In this document: positions 34,141 to 39,287 of the stretch, piece by piece | Position numbering within the stretch: the stretch's first letter is position 1 | Layout: the number at the start of each line of letters is the position of its first letter | Assembly (NCBI RefSeq): GCF_001194135.2 | Contig: NC_069008.1 | Location: forward strand, 10,599,190-10,638,476 | Origin: Octopus bimaculoides | Taxonomy: Eukaryota | Length of the DNA: 39,287 nucleotides | Reading direction: 5' to 3' | Made by a program: the position numbers and the translations under genes | Notes under the pieces: generated by a model | Databases searched by the model: none | Told to the model about the DNA's origin: nothing | Seen by the model: the letters and a program-made list of their open reading frames with translations, nothing else

Positions 34141-34377
34141 CTGCTGTGAGACAGGCATCACGACACCAAATGTAGGGTGCTGGAACAAAGAAAGAGAGCT
34201 AGCAGTCCTAGCTGTGGGCAGTTGGGAAGCTGACTGTCCAAAGGGAAAAGAGGAAGAGTCCTGTCAGTCGGGCCCCTTATATGCCTTTCACAACTTCTGT
34301 TATCTGTAAGAGCTGTTATGTCTTGTGCATGCATTGTGGCTGCCTGCTGTGCCCTTTCTGGGCTTTTATGTTTATCC
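34141..34377 (-). other. Candidate host exon (120 nt, or 237 nt with a frameshift)
   Basis: Acceptor ttcaattgtctcag|G at 34378 and donor CAG|GTACCA at 34140. 34141-34260 is open and reads DSSSFPFGQSASQLPTARTASSLSLFQHPTFGVVMPVSQQ. Confidence 0.35.
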
Positions 34378-34970
34378 CTGAGACAATTGAAGCAGGTATG
34401 CTACATGTATCAACTTAACTGTACCATATATACAAACTATGCCATTTAAACCCTGAGCAACCACCTTTTGCAATAGTTACAACAATATAGAACATGGAGA
34501 CTTGTTCATCCTCAAAATTTCCTCTTATTTTACAATTTCATACTGCTTGTCTTTATGGTTGTTATTATCACCAACAATCTCTCTCTCTCTCTCTGTACTC
34601 CTTGACACTCATTCTCTTTGCAAATGTAATACCTCTCGTGCATAACTTTCATTTTGTTTAAAATCTGTTCTAGTATTTACTTTCATTTTATGAAGCTATT
34701 ATGCACAATCCTGTTTTCTGATTGGGTGAAAATGATCAAATTTTAAACTTCTGTAACATTTTTCAAAAATATTTCTGGAATAGATGAAATACAAATTCAG
34801 ATTCAGTGTGAAAAATGACTTCAATATATCAAATTAAAAGTTTTTTACTTAATTAAAAAATTTCAAAATCTGTGACAGTGACAGATAAGCTCTCTCCCAC
34901 TCTATTTGTCTATCCATTTTCTCTTGATAAAATTTCTCACTCTTTATAAAAGTATATTGCTCACACTGTA

Positions 34971-35021
<51 letters not shown>

Positions 35022-35379
35022 ATGCATATGATTTTAAAAAGGTATGTAAAGGATAATTTATTTTAATGGGATACTTTTTTGTTAGTAAATGTATTTTTCT
35101 TATGCGCATGTGTACATGCACGGACTTACTTAATGCTGGGTGGGGTTAAAGATTTAAATAATAAATTCTTTGTTGTTGTTGCTTAAATCTCAGCAATTAA
35201 TCATCACATCATCATTCCATAAAATGTGTTTATTGGGAGAAAAATATTGAAAAAAATAATATGTCAGAATGACAAAGAAACAAAGAAGATATCCAGTGGT
35301 CGTGGTATGTTCAAGAAACTACAGCTAAATCTCCCTTAATTCACCTTTCCATCTGAAAATTATTTTGATATAAACGAGA

Positions 35380-36300
35380 ACAAATTGTAGATTCAGTATG
35401 TCTGTAAATTTTTCTTTTAGTCATAGTTTTAACAATGATTAAAAGAAAAATTTTGAAAAAAAATTGAAATTTTAGGATCTGTTTTTAAAGCAATTTTTAA
35501 AAAAATATCACTATTGTTTTTTAAACTACGTTTCATTTTCATTTTCCAGAAAAATGGATATTCTTTAATGAAATTTTCTACAAATACTTTTCAGTGCATG
35601 TAAATTACAATTATATTGGAATTTGATGTGAAAAGGAAAATAATGAGCACACAAACTTACATACAATATTTTTTAAAATTTCACGTTTCATTTTGAAGCT
35701 ATGTGTATGTGTAGGAGCTCACCAAATCTTTCATATTAAATTCTGATGTAATCATAATCTACACACTCTGAATGGTATTTATAGAAAATTTCATAAAAAA
35801 TTATCCATTTTTGCAAAAGTTATGAGTAAAGAGATTCATCACATGTGAATTTTACGAAACTACTTAGCCACACTCGTAAAACTTTTCTCACATATTCTTA
35901 TATAATCGGAATCTACACCATCTGAAGAGTATTCATTGAAAATTTCATGAAAAAGTAACTACCTTCCTAGAGGTTTTGAGACCACAAATTTGGGTGTGGG
36001 GACACATTTGTGTAGGAATGCGGAAGTGGGATTGTAATGATGTTTACTGATTGCCATCGTCTTTAAGTGCATAGTGGAAACAAAAAAAAACCCCTCAAAC
36101 AATGGTCAAAATCGGTACTGAGTGGGAAAGTGGGGTTTGAAAAAAATAATAAATTTTCAAAAAAATTTTTTTTTTACCTAAAAGGCATCTCCCATGTTTT
36201 GAAGTGTGAAGTGCAAGGAAAAAAAATTGGACAGAATCAGACCAAAAGTGGGTAGGGAGAATTCATAAGTTTCTAGACATTTTTTTTCATAAAACACTTA
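35380..36300. repeat. Probable non-autonomous DNA element built from ~90-bp inverted and direct modules
   Basis: 35544-35633 is inverted relative to 35729-35815. A further direct module lies at ~35893-35965. Confidence 0.55.
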
Positions 36301-36486
36301 CTCCTGTCATTTGCCAGGGTGTGATGAAAAACAGCTTTGAAAAATCTTTGTCAAAGTGGAGATAATCCAACTTAGATGGATGTGTTATTCAGAAGATCCT
36401 TGGTGGACTTTTGGAATAGCACAGCAACATAGCAATATTGTGAAAATTATCCAGCAATGACAGGATACTCAGCTAGTATGTGTGTT

Positions 36487-36524
<38 letters not shown>

Positions 36525-36576
36525 AAATACATACATACACACATATATATATATATATGATACGCACACATATATA

Positions 36577-37825
36577 CACCAAATAAATTGAGACCAATTT
36601 TAAGCAGTTGATTTAGTGGGTTTAACATTTCATTTCTTGACAAAACCTTGCTTGCCTAAAAATCTAATTGTCCTCTTTATTTTTCAGGTAAATAGTGAAC
36701 TGATTTGACTAAAGAAAGTCATGCAACAACAGAATCGTTCCGCTATTGTTGTTCTGGTGCATGCCAGACACACTGCCAATAAAATTGTTAAGTTGATGAA
36801 ATTTCCAAACGCAATAGTTTATCGTGTGTATAAATAATTTAAAGAAGTGGAAAAAATTGATAGAAAAGAACAGAAGACTTGAAGTGATTCCAAATGCAAT
36901 CCAATGTTTCTCACTGGCCTCAAATGCTTGGTTGAAGCCAACCCATCCACATCCATAACAACTCTTGCAAAGAAATGCAATGAATCCCTTTCCACAGTGT
37001 CTAGAGCTGTGAACAGGAACCTTGGCATGACTACCTATGTTTGACGATGCCGTCACCTCCTAAAGCAATCAGAGCCAAGAGATGCTCAAAGCTTCTATCA
37101 TTTATCAAGCATCAAAGTGCATGAAAATCTCCCATGTTTGTGAATGAGAAGTTCACTGTGGATACTGAGGTGAATCACAGAAATTCTTGAATGATTGCAT
37201 AAAATTCTTCTGATGTCCCCCTTGTGTTTGAGACTAAGAATCCTGCTTCTATGATGGTATTTGGAGCCATGGCGAGTGATGGAAGTGTCATGGATCCACA
37301 CTTCATTGAGTCTAGCTTGAAGATCAGCACAAAGGAGTTTCTGGATATCCTGAAGAACTCTCTGTTACCTTGGATGGAGCAGAAGTTTGGGCTTGACAAT
37401 GTGGAGCTTATCCAGGATTCTGTATCATGCCATGGGTCAAAAGCAACACAGACCTTCCTTGGTGAGAAGGTGCCAGTTTTTGTGGGGGGCCAACATCTGG
37501 CCTAGATATCAATCTTCTTGATTACTTTTTGTGGAATGTACTTCAAACAAGGACCAATGTTTCAGCACACTTGAGTCAACAGTTTGAAGACCTGCATCCT
37601 GCATGTGACATGCAAAATCAAAAAGGCGGAAGTTGTAGCAACTGCAGAAAAATTTTGTTCTCATGTGGAGGCAGTATTTGCCCAAAAGGGCGGCCATATC
37701 GAGTGATAAATGTTTTTGTTGTAATAAATGTTAAATTAAAATCATGTCTACAGCCATTATTTTAGTATTTATAACCAATTTTATGCTTCATAAAAATTGT
37801 CTCAATTTATCTGCAAGACCCTGTG
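36577..37825 (+). mobile_element. maT/DD37D-type Tc1-mariner transposon (inactive)
   Basis: TIRs share ataaattgagac, and the left TIR has a deletion. TA flanks. ATG at 36721 (MQQQNRSAI). Motifs NEKFTVD..NHRN, SMMVFGA..SDG, IQDS..H and DINLLDYFLW. The third catalytic residue is D. Confidence 0.85.
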
Positions 37826-37831
37826 TATACA

Positions 37832-37878
<47 letters not shown>

Positions 37879-37984
37879 CCATGCCTAAACACACATGCAC
37901 ACATATTATATCCACACACATACACACTTTCTCTCTCTCACACACCCACACCCACACAGACATTGTTGTTTCACTACATGTGTA

Positions 37985-38140
37985 TGGCTTTTTTCCATCA
38001 CTCACTCACGACCACCAAGCTACTACTCACGCTAATAGCAATGCAGACAATATTGCTAGCACCATCACAAATAACATCACTATCACTATCACCAACATCA
38101 TGACCATCATCATCAACATCACCACCATCTCCTCTGTATA
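37985..38140. repeat. Cryptic (cat/cac) trinucleotide low-complexity tract
   Basis: acatcactatcactatcaccaacatcatgaccatcatcatcaacatcaccacc. Confidence 0.7.
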
Positions 38141-38242
38141 AACAATGAACAGCTGTTTCAACAATATCTTGGACACCGTGTTGAAACTCAATCACTAATA
38201 CATTGAATGTCAAAACTGTAATATTCACTGACACAGACGTAT

Positions 38243-38284
<42 letters not shown>

Positions 38285-38369
38285 AAACACCCACGTAAAC
38301 TCATACTCACATACAATCAGTGTGTATTGTGTGTATATGTGTATGTGTGTAATATTCATCTTTTATCTT

Positions 38370-38560
38370 TTACTTGTTTCAGTCATTAGACTGTGGCCAT
38401 GCTGGGGCACCGCCTTGAAGAATTTTTAGTCAAGTGAATCAACATCACTACTTTTTTGCCTTTTTTTTAAAGCTTGATACTTATTCTATTAGTCTCTTTT
38501 GCTGAACTGCTAAGTTATAAAGATTGGAAACAGTTGTCAAGCAATGGTGGAAGACACACA
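38370..38560 (-). mobile_element. SINE with CR1-like 3' tail
   Basis: cttgtttcagtcattagactgtggccatgctggggcaccgccttgaag.. Confidence 0.8.
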
Positions 38561-38629
38561 CACATACACACACACACACTCACACACACAGACACATACA
38601 CACACACTCACACACATATACACACACGA

Positions 38630-38750
38630 CAAGACTCTTTCATTGTCCATCTTCCAAATTCACTCACAAAGCTTTGGTTGGCCCAAGGCTATAGTAGAAG
38701 ACCCTTACCTGGAACCATAGGGTTGGGAAGCAAACTTCTTACCACGTAGC
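38630..38750 (-). mobile_element. SINE copy (internally deleted)
   Basis: ttccaaattcactcacaaagctttggttggcccaaggctatagtagaagac..ggaaccatagggttgggaagc. Confidence 0.75.
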
Positions 38751-39019
38751 CATGTATGTATTATATGTTGTGTGTACAGTTTGATGTTCAACTCCTGCAG
38801 CCAAATTTAGAGCTCCATGTAGATTATCATCATCCAGTCTGCTTCTGTTATAGTAGTTGGTATTTTGAGTTCTTGAGTGAAACACCTCATTTACCTGTAC
38901 AGGTAAAGTTGATTTGATGGAGGGAGTGAGCTTATGGAGTACACAAACATTTGATCACTGTGTGGTTGTTTGGCATGAGATTGCAGAACCCTCATCTGAA
39001 GATGGGAGAGTCCATATAT

Positions 39020-39215
39020 TCTTTTACTTGTTTCAGTTGTTTGACTGTGGCCTTGCTGGAGCACCACCTTAAAGGGTTTTAGTCATAAAAATCGACCCCA
39101 GGACTTATTCTTTATAAGCTTAGTATTTATTCTATCGACTTTTTGCCGAACCACTAAGTTACGGGGGACATAAACACATCAGCATTGGTTGTCAAGCAAT
39201 GGTGGAGGAACAAAC
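39020..39215 (-). mobile_element. SINE with CR1-like 3' tail
   Basis: Homologous to 38370-38560 and to the split copy at 28915-30320. Confidence 0.8.
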
Positions 39216-39235
39216 GCAGACACACGCACACACAT

Positions 39236-39287
<52 letters not shown>

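Noticed and set aside
34118-34309. Plus-strand 63-aa ORF
   Set aside because: No supporting splice or start context. More likely the antisense shadow of the minus-strand exon candidate.

Overview
AT-rich eukaryotic repeat-dominated DNA with scaffold gaps and many (TA)n/(CA)n tracts. The SINE and RTE families resemble those I recall from Octopus genomes, so a coleoid cephalopod origin is likely (inference). There is no intact protein-coding gene. The window is a stack of decayed and often nested transposons: RTE, CR1 and Hero-like LINE pieces, a Penelope-like element (RT-CxC-GIY-YIG), a Gypsy-like pol remnant, a hAT carrying two nested insertions, several mariners, a maT/DD37D element, MITEs and SINEs. 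There are also a few weak candidate host exons. The standout is 15518-16276. It is a non-coding repeat inserted in a (TA)n tract that carries minimal type I hammerhead ribozyme motifs on both strands. It has a 331-nt unit running from one predicted cleavage site to the next and an inverted arm that joins at a cleavage site. This is the architecture of a non-LTR retrozyme or Penelope pseudo-LTR that could yield a small circular RNA. Weaker hammerhead-like motifs occur at 31549-31647 and in the 1.65-kb insertion within the hAT. All family assignments come from motif recognition by eye, not from database searches.
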